In this document: one piece after another, positions 1 to 8,655 of the stretch
Position numbering within the stretch: the first letter of the stretch is position 1
Layout: the number at the start of each line of letters is the position of its first letter
NCBI GenBank assembly: GCA_964291395.2
Contig: OZ219856.1
Location: 32,001-96,000, forward strand
Direction: 5' to 3'
Length of the DNA stretch: 64,000 nt
Source of the DNA: Alphaproteobacteria bacterium
GTDB taxonomy: Bacteria; Pseudomonadota; Alphaproteobacteria; UBA2966
Notes under the pieces: generated by a model
The model's database searches: none
What the model was told of the DNA's origin: nothing
What the model saw: only the letters and a program-made list of their open reading frames with translations
Made by a program: the position numbers and the translations under genes

Positions 1-1
1 C

Positions 2-727
2 GGGATAGACAAAGCAGTGATCCAATCCCGTGGGGTCGGGGGAGTCAACGAGGATGTTGCTCGCGCGGTTGAGCGGTATCCAGACAGACTCGTCGGCCTG
101 TTCCGTCCTGTCTACAAGGTGAAGGACAGTGGACCACAATCGACAATTGACTACGGGGAATTGGGCGCTCAAGTAGACATCTGGGTTTCGGAATTAGGCC
201 TCAAAGGCATGGGTGAAATCCGGTTGAGTCGTTTTACGTCAGAGGCCGCGCCGGAAAGGATTTCGCAAGATCTGATCCCCCTCATGGAAATCATGGCGTG
301 TCATAAAGTGCCCGTCATGTTCTTAACGGCGTGGACTCAGTTCGGGACCGCGCTGTACCACGGAATGCCTTTGTTTGTAGACGATCTCGCTGAACGTTTT
401 CCCGAAGTACCAATCATCATCACAAAAATGGGTCGTGGATACGATATCCTTTTCGAAATGTGTCTTCTGATAGCCTACAAGCACCCAAATGTTTATCTGG
501 ACACGGTACAGAGCAAACCTGAGCACGTGGCACGGGCGGTGTCCGAAATTGGTTCGAATAGGGTCATGTTTGGGACAGACTGGGAACAATCGTGGCGGGC
601 TGTTCAAACAGAAGACGATTTCTACACACGGTCACTAGCTGTCGTTGCGGGCTCGGGCATATCGCATGAAGATATGAAGGCTGTTCTTGGAGGAACGGCG
701 GAAAAACTGTTCGGATTCGTACAATGA
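2..727 (+). CDS. Amidohydrolase_2-family metal-dependent hydrolase (5' truncated by window edge)
   Basis: Frame is open from base 2 (GIDKAVIQS...). Motifs NEDVARAVERYPDRLVG, GMGEI, HPNVYLDT and RVMFGTDW are typical of amidohydro_2 TIM barrels. Confidence 0.8.
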   Translation, partial: GIDKAVIQSRGVGGVNEDVARAVERYPDRLVGLFRPVYKVKDSGPQSTIDYGELGAQVDIWVSELGLKGMGEIRLSRFTSEAAPERISQDLIPLMEIMACHKVPVMFLTAWTQFGTALYHGMPLFVDDLAERFPEVPIIITKMGRGYDILFEMCLLIAYKHPNVYLDTVQSKPEHVARAVSEIGSNRVMFGTDWEQSWRAVQTEDDFYTRSLAVVAGSGISHEDMKAVLGGTAEKLFGFVQ

Positions 728-886
728 CGAGTATGGAGAAAGGTGTTTTGTGAGGTAGGAATCTCTGCTTGCATATGTGTGTTTGGATATAATCGAAGCC
801 TATCTTGGATGTAAATGGATTTCTTATAGTCATCGAAGAAATGAAATCTTAAATCTTCTGCGTAAGATGTGGGCGAGCCGTAAGGC

Positions 887-1684
887 ATGACGGAAATATT
901 GCTCAACGTTGACGGGGTCACACTGCAGTACAAGACTGCCCGCGATCTTGTCACTGCTACATACAAGGTCGATTTTGCAGTCCATGAAGCCGATAGGTTC
1001 GTAATTCTCGGGCCCTCCGGATGTGGCAAATCGACCCTTCTCAAGGCGGTTGGCGGATTCATGGAACCGGTGGAAGGCCGCATGACCATCAGTGGGCGGC
1101 GCATCGAAGGACCGGGTCCGGACCGGATGATGGTATTCCAGGAATTCGAGCAACTTATGCCTTGGAAGACTGTAAGGCAGAACGTACTTTTTCCTATGCG
1201 CGTCACGCGCAAGTTCCCTCACAAGGAGACACAGGAACGGGCAACTGCCGTGATCGATACCGTCAAACTCGGCGCGTTCGCGGATGCCTACCCACACATG
1301 TTGTCTGGCGGCATGAAGATGCGGGTGGCCATCGCACGGGCCTTGGCGTTGGAACCCGACATCCTCCTGATGGACGAGCCTTTCGCGGCTCTCGATGCCC
1401 TTAGCCGCCGCAACATGCAGCAGGAACTATTGGAACTATGGGACCAGGTCCGTTTCACGGTCCTGTTTGTGACCCACTCGATTGAGGAAGCGTTGCTCAT
1501 CGGGTCCCGAATCCTGGTCTTGTCGCCACACCCTGGGCGGGTGCGGGCGGAATTCAACGCAGATCAATTCAGTTTTGACAACATCGACCAGACTAATTTC
1601 GGTGTAATGGCCAAAAGAATTCACGGTCTGTTGGTCGATTCGGAATACGTTCCGACAACTACTCCCGAGCCAGAGACGATATGA
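887..1684 (+). CDS. NitT/TauT/SsuB-type ABC transporter ATP-binding protein
   Basis: Walker A GPSGCGKST, signature LSGGMKMR, Walker B LLMDEPF, H-loop FVTH. Confidence 0.92.
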   Translation: MTEILLNVDGVTLQYKTARDLVTATYKVDFAVHEADRFVILGPSGCGKSTLLKAVGGFMEPVEGRMTISGRRIEGPGPDRMMVFQEFEQLMPWKTVRQNVLFPMRVTRKFPHKETQERATAVIDTVKLGAFADAYPHMLSGGMKMRVAIARALALEPDILLMDEPFAALDALSRRNMQQELLELWDQVRFTVLFVTHSIEEALLIGSRILVLSPHPGRVRAEFNADQFSFDNIDQTNFGVMAKRIHGLLVDSEYVPTTTPEPETI

Positions 1685-2571
1685 GCGACCGCTCTGTCAG
1701 TAAGGCCTCGAAACATGCCGAAAGGCCTGATTTCGAGTGCCAACCCATCGAAGTCGACAGTAACACGGCGTACGAACGCCCTTTGTCTCTGGTGAGTCGC
1801 GTTTTGCGCAGCGATTTCGCTCAACGCGTGGCGATTCTGCTGGGGTTGATCTCGACGTGGCAGCTTTATGCCCTTTTTCTTGATAATCCGCTCTTGTTCC
1901 CGACTTTCACGGAGACTTTGCGTGTATTCTATGAGGACGTAGCCAGCGGATTTCTGCCAGACCGTATCAAAACATCCCTGAGCACCTTGGCAATGGGGTA
2001 TGTGCTCGGGCTCGTCTGCGCCGGGTTGTTCACGGCACTCGCGGTGGCGACTGAAGTAGGCGCGAGGCTCTTGTCGACACTCACCGCCATGTTCAACCCT
2101 CTCCCAGCGATCGCGTTGCTACCCTTGGCATTGATCTGGTTTGGTTTGGGCCCAGCTTCTCTCGTATTCATCCTGATACACTCGGTCTTGTGGGCTGTGG
2201 CCCTGAACACATTGACAGGGTTCCGAGCTGTTCCGGAAACATTGCGGATGAGTGGACGTAATTTCGGTCTGAGTGGTCCACTTTATATCGCTCTTATTCT
2301 CATACCCGCGGCGTTTCCCTCAATCCTGGCAGGAATGAAAATTGGGTGGGCGTTTGCGTGGCGCACTCTGGTTGCCGCCGAATTGATATTCGGTGTCTCG
2401 TCACGATCTGGCGGGATCGGATGGTATATTTTCGAAGCTCGTGCTCACCTAGAAACTTCACGTGTTTTCGCCGGGTTGTTCGTTGTTATAATCATTGGAC
2501 TGCTAGTAGAGACTGTAATTTTTCGAGGTATCGAGAAGCGTACCGTCGATTTATGGGGAATGCAGAGGTGA
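1681..2571 (+). CDS. NitT/TauT/SsuC-type ABC transporter permease
   Basis: Multiple TM segments, PLPAIALLPLALIWFG and AWRTLVAAEL motifs; ATGA overlap with the ATPase gene. Confidence 0.9.
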   Translation: MSDRSVSKASKHAERPDFECQPIEVDSNTAYERPLSLVSRVLRSDFAQRVAILLGLISTWQLYALFLDNPLLFPTFTETLRVFYEDVASGFLPDRIKTSLSTLAMGYVLGLVCAGLFTALAVATEVGARLLSTLTAMFNPLPAIALLPLALIWFGLGPASLVFILIHSVLWAVALNTLTGFRAVPETLRMSGRNFGLSGPLYIALILIPAAFPSILAGMKIGWAFAWRTLVAAELIFGVSSRSGGIGWYIFEARAHLETSRVFAGLFVVIIIGLLVETVIFRGIEKRTVDLWGMQR

Positions 2572-2689
2572 TTGTTCTCCTGCATTGACTATAGCGAGTA
2601 GTTGCCGCTACTACCATTGCCTGTTATTCGGCGCCCAAGTTTAACCCTACAGGATCACGTAAAATCAATGAGTTATCGCGCCGCTCAAC

Positions 2690-2975
2690 AGTCCAATGCT
2701 CCCATAGCCCGGCGAAGGCGAACGGTCTGCCGTCCTTCAGCCCGAACAGCCACGGCTGCCTCTTCCCGCCCCTGCGGGTCCACTCGTAGAAGCTGTCGGT
2801 CGGGATCAGGCAGCGCCACGCGCGCCAGGCGGCCCGGAAAGAAGGCTTGGCGCTTGCCGTTTCGGCCCGGGCATTGATCAGCTTTTAGCCGATGTTCGGC
2901 TCCCTGGCCCAGAACGGAATCAAGCCCCAACGCAGCATCGAAAGGCGACGGCCGTCCCCGCCCGCGCGCACCGCC
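2690..2975 (-). pseudogene. SOS response-associated peptidase (SRAP/YedK/HMCES family) fragment
   Basis: Manual minus-strand translation: MLRWGLIPFWAREPNIG*KLINARAETASAKPSFRAAWRAWRCLIPTDSFYEW...PFAFAGLWEHW. Internal TAA at 2885-2887; both termini missing. Confidence 0.85.
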
Positions 2976-3009
2976 GTCCGCCTCTTTGTTAGAGCCACCA
3001 AGTCGCAGC

Positions 3010-3235
3010 CGGGCCTTGGCGTGCGCTTCATCACGGCCTTCTATCTGGTCCATGAACTGATCGAGGCGCGCGACGAGAAGAAGCTGCTCCGCCTCCGGGA
3101 CCTGCTCGCCAAGGTCAGCCTGCTGATCGTCGACGAGCTCGGATACGTGCCCCTCTCGCAGACCAGACCGGCAGCGAGCTCCCATCGACGTCTTCAGCCA
3201 GCGCTTCGGCGCATGGGCGGAACGCGCATCCGGGG
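3010..3235 (+). pseudogene. istB: IS21-family helper ATPase (IstB) fragment
   Basis: VRFITAFYLVHELIEARDEKKLLRL...LLIVDELGYVPLSQT (IstB Walker B region), then a frameshifted DVFSQR; no Walker A and no istA. Confidence 0.8.
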
Positions 3236-3240
3236 TTACG

Positions 3241-3392
3241 AGAGTCTCGGTTACAGAGTAGGAAGGCCCGGCACCCTTGCCCACGCCGGGACGTGAGATC
3301 GTACACGCGGGGGCATTTCCGGTCCTCGGACATGGCCTCACCGACACCGCTCAACTAACATTCAAGCTGGACCACTCGGTAGGGGCTGGTCA
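3241..3392 (+). mobile_element. IS3-family (IS407-group-like) right-end remnant with terminal inverted repeat
   Basis: SLGYR transposase-tail motif followed by CTAACATTCAAGCTGGACCACTCGGTAGGGGCTGGTCA (3355-3392), which ends in CA and resembles IS407-group right ends. Confidence 0.6.
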
Positions 3393-3464
3393 GTCCCCTA
3401 GCCGCTTGAGGTCTGGACTCGGCCGGTCGTTGCGCGCCAGAAGGAACAGGATTGGCGGTCCTCC

Positions 3465-4490
3465 ATGTTCGAGGAACTGGGATTCGAGCAGCTGACACCG
3501 CTCACGGCGTCTGTCCTGCTGGGTTTGGTGCTCGGCTGCACCTACGGCGCCCTGGCCCAGCGCAGCGCTTTCTGTCTGCGCCGCAGTCTGGTCGGCCAGT
3601 GGCGCGATCGCCTGCCGGCACTGGGCGCATGGACGATGGCGCTGGCGTGCGCGATCGCCGGAACCCGGCTTGCAGTCGCCATGGACCTGATCTCCTTCGA
3701 GGCGCACCGGTTTCTCGCGTCTGACCTGCCGGTAGTCTCCGTGCTGCTGGGTGGCGCGCTGTTCGGGGCCGGCATGGTGCTCGCGGGCGGCTGCGTCTCG
3801 CGCCTCACGGTGCTGGTCGGCAGCGGCAATCTGCGCGCCCTGATCGTCCTGATCGTCTTTGCCGTCACGGCCCATGCAGTGATGAAGGGCGCGCTGGCAC
3901 CGATACGCCAGGCGCTCGGCGACGCATCCCTCTCCGGCGGAGAGGCGACGGCGCTCTCGGCATGGCCCGGCGGCGAGGTCTGGCCGCTGGTCATCGCGGG
4001 TGCCGCGTTCGTCTTCGCGCTCTTCTCCCGCGCGCGGATCGCCCATTTGGCGATGGCCGCCGCGATCGGTCTTCTGGTACCGCTCGGCTGGATCGGCACG
4101 GGCTTCGTACTGCTGGATGACTTCGACCCGATTCCCGTACAGTCGATGGGCTTCACCGGGCCGATGGCCGACACGCTGTTCTGGGTCGTGGCGGCGACGT
4201 CGATTCCGGCCGGCTTCGGCACAGGCCTCGCGGCAGGCGTTCTTCTCGGCAGCTTGGCGGCGGCGCTGGCGGCCGGCGAGTTCCGCTGGCAGAGCCTGGA
4301 AGGGCCGCGGCAGACCGGGCGTTACCTCGCCGGCGCCGTGATGATGGGCGTGGGCGGTGTGCTGGCAGGCGGCTGCACGGTCGGCGCCGGGCTCTCCGGC
4401 GTTTCCACCGCAAGCCTTGCCGCTCTCCTCGCACTCGCCGCGATGGTGGCTTCGGCGCGGGCCGTCGGCGTGCTCCTCGCCGCCCGATAG
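3465..4490 (+). CDS. YeeE/YedE-family sulfur compound transporter (SoxT/TsuA-like)
   Basis: Conserved Cys motifs RSAFCLR, LAGGCVSR and LAGGCTVG; about 9 TM helices; convergent with soxF. Confidence 0.9.
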   Translation: MFEELGFEQLTPLTASVLLGLVLGCTYGALAQRSAFCLRRSLVGQWRDRLPALGAWTMALACAIAGTRLAVAMDLISFEAHRFLASDLPVVSVLLGGALFGAGMVLAGGCVSRLTVLVGSGNLRALIVLIVFAVTAHAVMKGALAPIRQALGDASLSGGEATALSAWPGGEVWPLVIAGAAFVFALFSRARIAHLAMAAAIGLLVPLGWIGTGFVLLDDFDPIPVQSMGFTGPMADTLFWVVAATSIPAGFGTGLAAGVLLGSLAAALAAGEFRWQSLEGPRQTGRYLAGAVMMGVGGVLAGGCTVGAGLSGVSTASLAALLALAAMVASARAVGVLLAAR

Positions 4491-4544
4491 TGTGGCGGAG
4501 GGGCTACGGCGCTCCCGCCCGGGGCGTAAGCGCCGTCAGCAGGA

Positions 4545-5831
4545 TCAGCTGAACATGTCCCCGGTAATGGCGGCATACCAGCCGAGCGATTCCTCGTAGG
4601 TCGCCTTGCGCAGCTCCGCGCTTTCCCCGGTCTTGGAAATGAAGCCGTCGGTCTTGGCGATCTTCTCGTCGGTCGCTTCGTAGGAAGCGCCGACCTTGAC
4701 GCCGTCATCGGTGCCGATGAGCGACCAGCAGGTGTTGGAGAACCGCGCCGGGAACACCGAGGACCCGGTAAGCGCCCCGCGCACCGCCATGGCGCAGACC
4801 TTCGCCTGGCTGTTGGCCGAGAAGCCCGACTTCGGCATGTCGCCCTGCAGCGCCGCGTCGCCCAGCACGTGAATGTTGGCGTCCGCGCGACTCTCCATGG
4901 TGTGCGGCACGACCGGCGCCCAGCCGGACTCGTCGGTGACGCCCGCGAGCGCCGCGACGCGCCCCGCCTGCTGCGCGGGAATGACGTTGCAGACATCCAC
5001 CTTCGTCGCCTCGCCGTCCACCACCACCTCCAGGCTGTCGGGCCGCACCTCGACCTTGTCGCCGCCGAAATCCGGGCCGACGCGCTCGATCATGCCGGGG
5101 TAGTGGCGCTGCCAGCCGTCCTCGAACAATCCCTGCTTGGAGAACTTCTCCTTGGGGTCGACGATCAGGATCTTCGCCGTCGGGTTGGCCTGTTTCAGCA
5201 CGTGGGCCACCATCGAGATCCGCTCATAGGGCCCCGGCGGGCAGCGGAACGGGTTCGGCGGCGCCACCATGCAGTAGACGCCGCCTTGCGGCATGGCTTC
5301 GATCTGTGCCTTGAGAAGTTGGGTTTGCGAGCCGGCCTTGTAGGCGTGCGGCATGCGGTTCTGCTGTGACAGGTCCCATCCGGGAACGGAGCCTTCGCGG
5401 AAGTCGATGCCCGGCGAGAGCACGAGGCGGTCGTAGGCGAGGCTGCCCCCGCCCGCGAGCCCCACGCTCCGCGCGTCGCGGTCGATGGAGACCGCCCAGT
5501 CGTGCACGACGTTGATCCCGTGATTCGCGGCCAGCGCTCCGTAGCTGTGACCGATCGACGCGAACTCGCGGAAGCCGCCGATATGGAGGTTCGAGAAGAA
5601 GCAGGTGTAGTAGGCGCGGCTCGGTTCCACGAGCGTCACATCCACGGCACCCTTCGAATCCTTGGCGATGTAGCGCGCCGCCGTCGCACCGCCCGCGCCG
5701 CCGCCCACGACCACGACGCGGGGGCGGCCTTGCGCGAGCACCGCCGGCGCTGACAGCGCCGTAGTTGCCGCGGCCGCAGCTGCAAGAAAATGGCGCCGGT
5801 TCAAGCCGCTCTCTCCGTTCCGTTTGCTCAT
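4545..5831 (-). CDS. soxF: Flavocytochrome c sulfide dehydrogenase flavoprotein subunit (SoxF/FccB)
   Basis: Tat signal NRRHFL, GGGAGG FAD motif, RCPPGPYER, MPKSGFSANSQAK, NTCWS. Start set at MSKRN (5831). Confidence 0.93.
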   Translation of the reverse strand: MSKRNGESGLNRRHFLAAAAAATTALSAPAVLAQGRPRVVVVGGGAGGATAARYIAKDSKGAVDVTLVEPSRAYYTCFFSNLHIGGFREFASIGHSYGALAANHGINVVHDWAVSIDRDARSVGLAGGGSLAYDRLVLSPGIDFREGSVPGWDLSQQNRMPHAYKAGSQTQLLKAQIEAMPQGGVYCMVAPPNPFRCPPGPYERISMVAHVLKQANPTAKILIVDPKEKFSKQGLFEDGWQRHYPGMIERVGPDFGGDKVEVRPDSLEVVVDGEATKVDVCNVIPAQQAGRVAALAGVTDESGWAPVVPHTMESRADANIHVLGDAALQGDMPKSGFSANSQAKVCAMAVRGALTGSSVFPARFSNTCWSLIGTDDGVKVGASYEATDEKIAKTDGFISKTGESAELRKATYEESLGWYAAITGDMFS

Positions 5832-5848
5832 GACGTGTTTCTCCTGGC

Positions 5849-6551
5849 TCACGGGCTGTCTTCCGCCCTGTGGAAATGTGCGGCGAGGGCAGCGATCTCC
5901 TCGTCCGAGAGGCGCCCGGCCACCATCTGCATGACGGGATGGACCCTCTTTCCGCCCTTGTAGGCGTGCAAGGCTATCACGAAGTCGTCGAGCGGCCATC
6001 CGATTATCGAGGGGATGCCTTCGACGGTCCCGTCCATGCGGTGGCAGGTGATGCATTCACCCGCGAGATAGGCGCCGTATTCGGGGTCTCCCTCGATGGC
6101 GAGGATCCGCGGATCGAGGCCGAATTCCTCGGGCGTCGCGGTCGGTTCCGCCGACGGAAGATCGGAGCGGGGGCCGGAAAAGCCGCCTAGCCACGTCAGC
6201 AGCGCCGCCCTGTCGTCCGCTCCCGCCATTCCCGCGAAGCTCATGCGTGAGTGCGGCACGAGAGCGACCGGGTCGGAGAGGAAGGCGTCCAGAGTCGCCT
6301 CGGTCCAGACCAGGCCGCCGGCGCCGGCCGCCTTCATCGCCCGGGAATAGCGATAGTCCGCAAGCGAGCCGGCCGCGCGGCCGAAGACATCGTTGAGCTG
6401 CGGACCGATCCGGTGTTCCGCGCCGTCGCCCACCTGATGGCAACGCTTACATTGGCCGAAGAGCGCCTTGCCGCGGCTGGCATCGGCGCTCCATGCGGCG
6501 GCCGGGAGAACCGCCAGCAGCGCCACGGAAAGCAGTCTGGATGCGAGACAT
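5849..6551 (-). CDS. soxE: Diheme c-type cytochrome (SoxE-like)
   Basis: Two CxxCH motifs (CKRCH, CITCH); c2-like domain followed by a c4-like domain; lies directly upstream of soxF. Start uncertain: in-frame GTG at 6526 or CTG at 6535, while the ATG at 6551 is 1 nt out of frame. Confidence 0.82.
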
Positions 6552-6593
6552 GCCGTGAGGCTGGCCGGCCGGGGACGGTGCCGGCCGGAGGCT

Positions 6594-6920
6594 TTAGTCG
6601 ACCTCAATCCGTTTGCTGAGGCTGTACACGGAGCCTTCATCGTCGATCCATTGGAAGTCCAGGTGGCCCGATTCCGGAACGGCCATCTGAAACTGTATGT
6701 AGGGATCGGCCGAGACCGCCGGCTCCAGATCGACGGAGACTGCCACCTCGCCGTTGAAGCTCACCACAAAGCGATTGATGATCTGGCGCGGCACGAGCAC
6801 GCCCTCGCTGTCATGGCGCTGCCCCGTATGCATCGGATGGGTGATCCGGGTCTTGACCGTGAAGGGGACGCCCGCCGCCACCGACTTCGGCAGCTTCACG
6901 CGCGGCCTGGGTTCCGCCAT
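6594..6920 (-). CDS. soxZ: Thiosulfate oxidation carrier complex protein SoxZ
   Basis: PRVKLP...ITHPMHTGQRHD...PRQIINRF...AVSADPYIQF...WIDDEG. Confidence 0.93.
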   Translation of the reverse strand: MAEPRPRVKLPKSVAAGVPFTVKTRITHPMHTGQRHDSEGVLVPRQIINRFVVSFNGEVAVSVDLEPAVSADPYIQFQMAVPESGHLDFQWIDDEGSVYSLSKRIEVD

Positions 6921-6930
6921 CGTCCGTTCC

Positions 6931-7350
6931 TCAACCGCAGCCGCCGACTGTCACCGCGATTGCCTGGGAGGTCTGGCGGAACGTGCCGTCCGCCATCTCC
7001 GCCACCGCATACACGGTCTGGCTCCCGGCCAGCCGGATGCGGATCGTGGCTTCCGGCGGCACCAGCCTTCCGAACGTGAAGACCGCGACGCCGGGATTCG
7101 GGTTTCCGTCGTTGAAGAGCGCAATGCGTCTGGCACCCTCGGCAACGACCCGGATCGGCACGGCGCCGCCGTTGTCGAAGATTTCCGGCGCATCGAGAAT
7201 CACGCCGCCTTCCAGGCGGAATGCGCCGCCTGTGAACGCGTCGATGGCCTGCCGGACCCCGTTCGAGGCCTCTACCGCGCCGACGGGGATCAGCGTGGCC
7301 GCGCTGGCAGACACGCCCATCAGCAACACATCCCTGCGCGTCGGAGCCAC
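6931..7350 (-). CDS. soxY: Thiosulfate oxidation carrier protein SoxY
   Basis: Tat signal TRRDVL, PEIFDNGGAVP, RIRLAGSQ, C-terminal swinging arm VTVGGCG. Confidence 0.93.
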   Translation of the reverse strand: MAPTRRDVLLMGVSASAATLIPVGAVEASNGVRQAIDAFTGGAFRLEGGVILDAPEIFDNGGAVPIRVVAEGARRIALFNDGNPNPGVAVFTFGRLVPPEATIRIRLAGSQTVYAVAEMADGTFRQTSQAIAVTVGGCG

Positions 7351-7641
7351 GATGAGGCCTCCTCCCGCTCGCCGGCCGATTAGTGATATGGCTCCCCGTT
7401 GCGGCGCACGTCAAGCCTCTGTCGCCCGATGCCGAGGGCGGCGGCTTGCGTGTCACGCTACGCTGCGACTTCGGCACGATCCTAGAACGGGCGGGAAATG
7501 GGGACAAGAGAGAGGCGACCGACACCCCCCGCTCGTGGGCATCGCGGTCGTGATAGAGTGGTGAACGTCGACGATGAGCCGCCGGGGAGCGAGACGGACG
7601 ACTGTCCGATGTCCTCCTCCCGACGATCAGGATGGGTAACG

Positions 7642-8574
7642 ATGGACGGAGACGGTTCGCTCCGACGAACGGTCGATCATCGAGATATCGTCGGGCGGCT
7701 CAGCCGTGTCGAGCGGCGCAGCCTGTTGCGGCGCTCCGATCTGAGAGGCTTGGTCCATCTTGCCGGCCATCTGGCGGCGCTGGGCGTTACCGGTTCGCTG
7801 ATCGCTCTCGAGGTGCCGGGCTGGCCGGTCCTGCTGCTGCCTCACGGCATTCTGCTCGTCTTCCTGTTTTGCCTGCAACATGAGGCGGTGCACGGAACGC
7901 CCTTCCGCAGCAACTGGCTGAGTACGGTGGCGGCCTGGGCAACGGGGCTGGTATCCGTCCTGCCCCCGGCCTGGTTTCACCATTTCCACATGGCGCATCA
8001 CCGCTACACTCACGATCCGGCGCGCGATCCGGAACTGGCAAGGCCCCCGCCGAGATCTAAGCCCGGTCTCGTCTGGACCGTCGCCGGCGGTCCCTACTGG
8101 GTGGGCCAGGTGAGGACTTTGCTGAGCAACGCTGCCGGGCGGAACCGCGACGCGTTCGTGCCGCCGCGGGCCCGATCGGCCGTCGTCCGGGAAGCGCGCC
8201 TGTTTCTCGCCGCCTACCTCGCCGCCGCCGGGTTGTCGGTGCTTTGGGGAGCGACCGCGCTGCTCTGGTGCTGGCTCGTTCCCGCGCTCCTCGGGCAGCC
8301 CTTCCTGCGCCTCTATCTGCTGGCCGAGCATACCGGATGCCCGCACGTGCCCGACATGCTCCGGAACACGCGCACGACCTTCACCAATGCGGCAGTGCGC
8401 TTCGTCGCCTGGAACATGCCCTATCATGTCGAGCACCATGTCTACCCTGCCGTGCCGTTCCACAAGCTGCCGATGCTCAACGCCATGATGCGGAGCGATT
8501 TGACCGTCACGGCAAACGGCTACCGGGCCGCGGCACGCGCCACTATTCCGGCCATCCTGCGCGGCCAGGCATAG
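7642..8574 (+). CDS. Membrane fatty acid desaturase / MocD-like di-iron oxygenase
   Basis: Histidine boxes HEAVH, HMAHH and HVEHH; LAEHTGC...NTRTT...WNMPYH. Start uncertain (7498-7642). Confidence 0.85.
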   Translation: MDGDGSLRRTVDHRDIVGRLSRVERRSLLRRSDLRGLVHLAGHLAALGVTGSLIALEVPGWPVLLLPHGILLVFLFCLQHEAVHGTPFRSNWLSTVAAWATGLVSVLPPAWFHHFHMAHHRYTHDPARDPELARPPPRSKPGLVWTVAGGPYWVGQVRTLLSNAAGRNRDAFVPPRARSAVVREARLFLAAYLAAAGLSVLWGATALLWCWLVPALLGQPFLRLYLLAEHTGCPHVPDMLRNTRTTFTNAAVRFVAWNMPYHVEHHVYPAVPFHKLPMLNAMMRSDLTVTANGYRAAARATIPAILRGQA

Positions 8575-8655
8575 CCGCGGTTTCCCTGACGCCTGCACGG
8601 AATCAGTGGAATGTCGCGCTGCTTGCCCGTCCGAGATGGCGACGCCATCGCCGTT

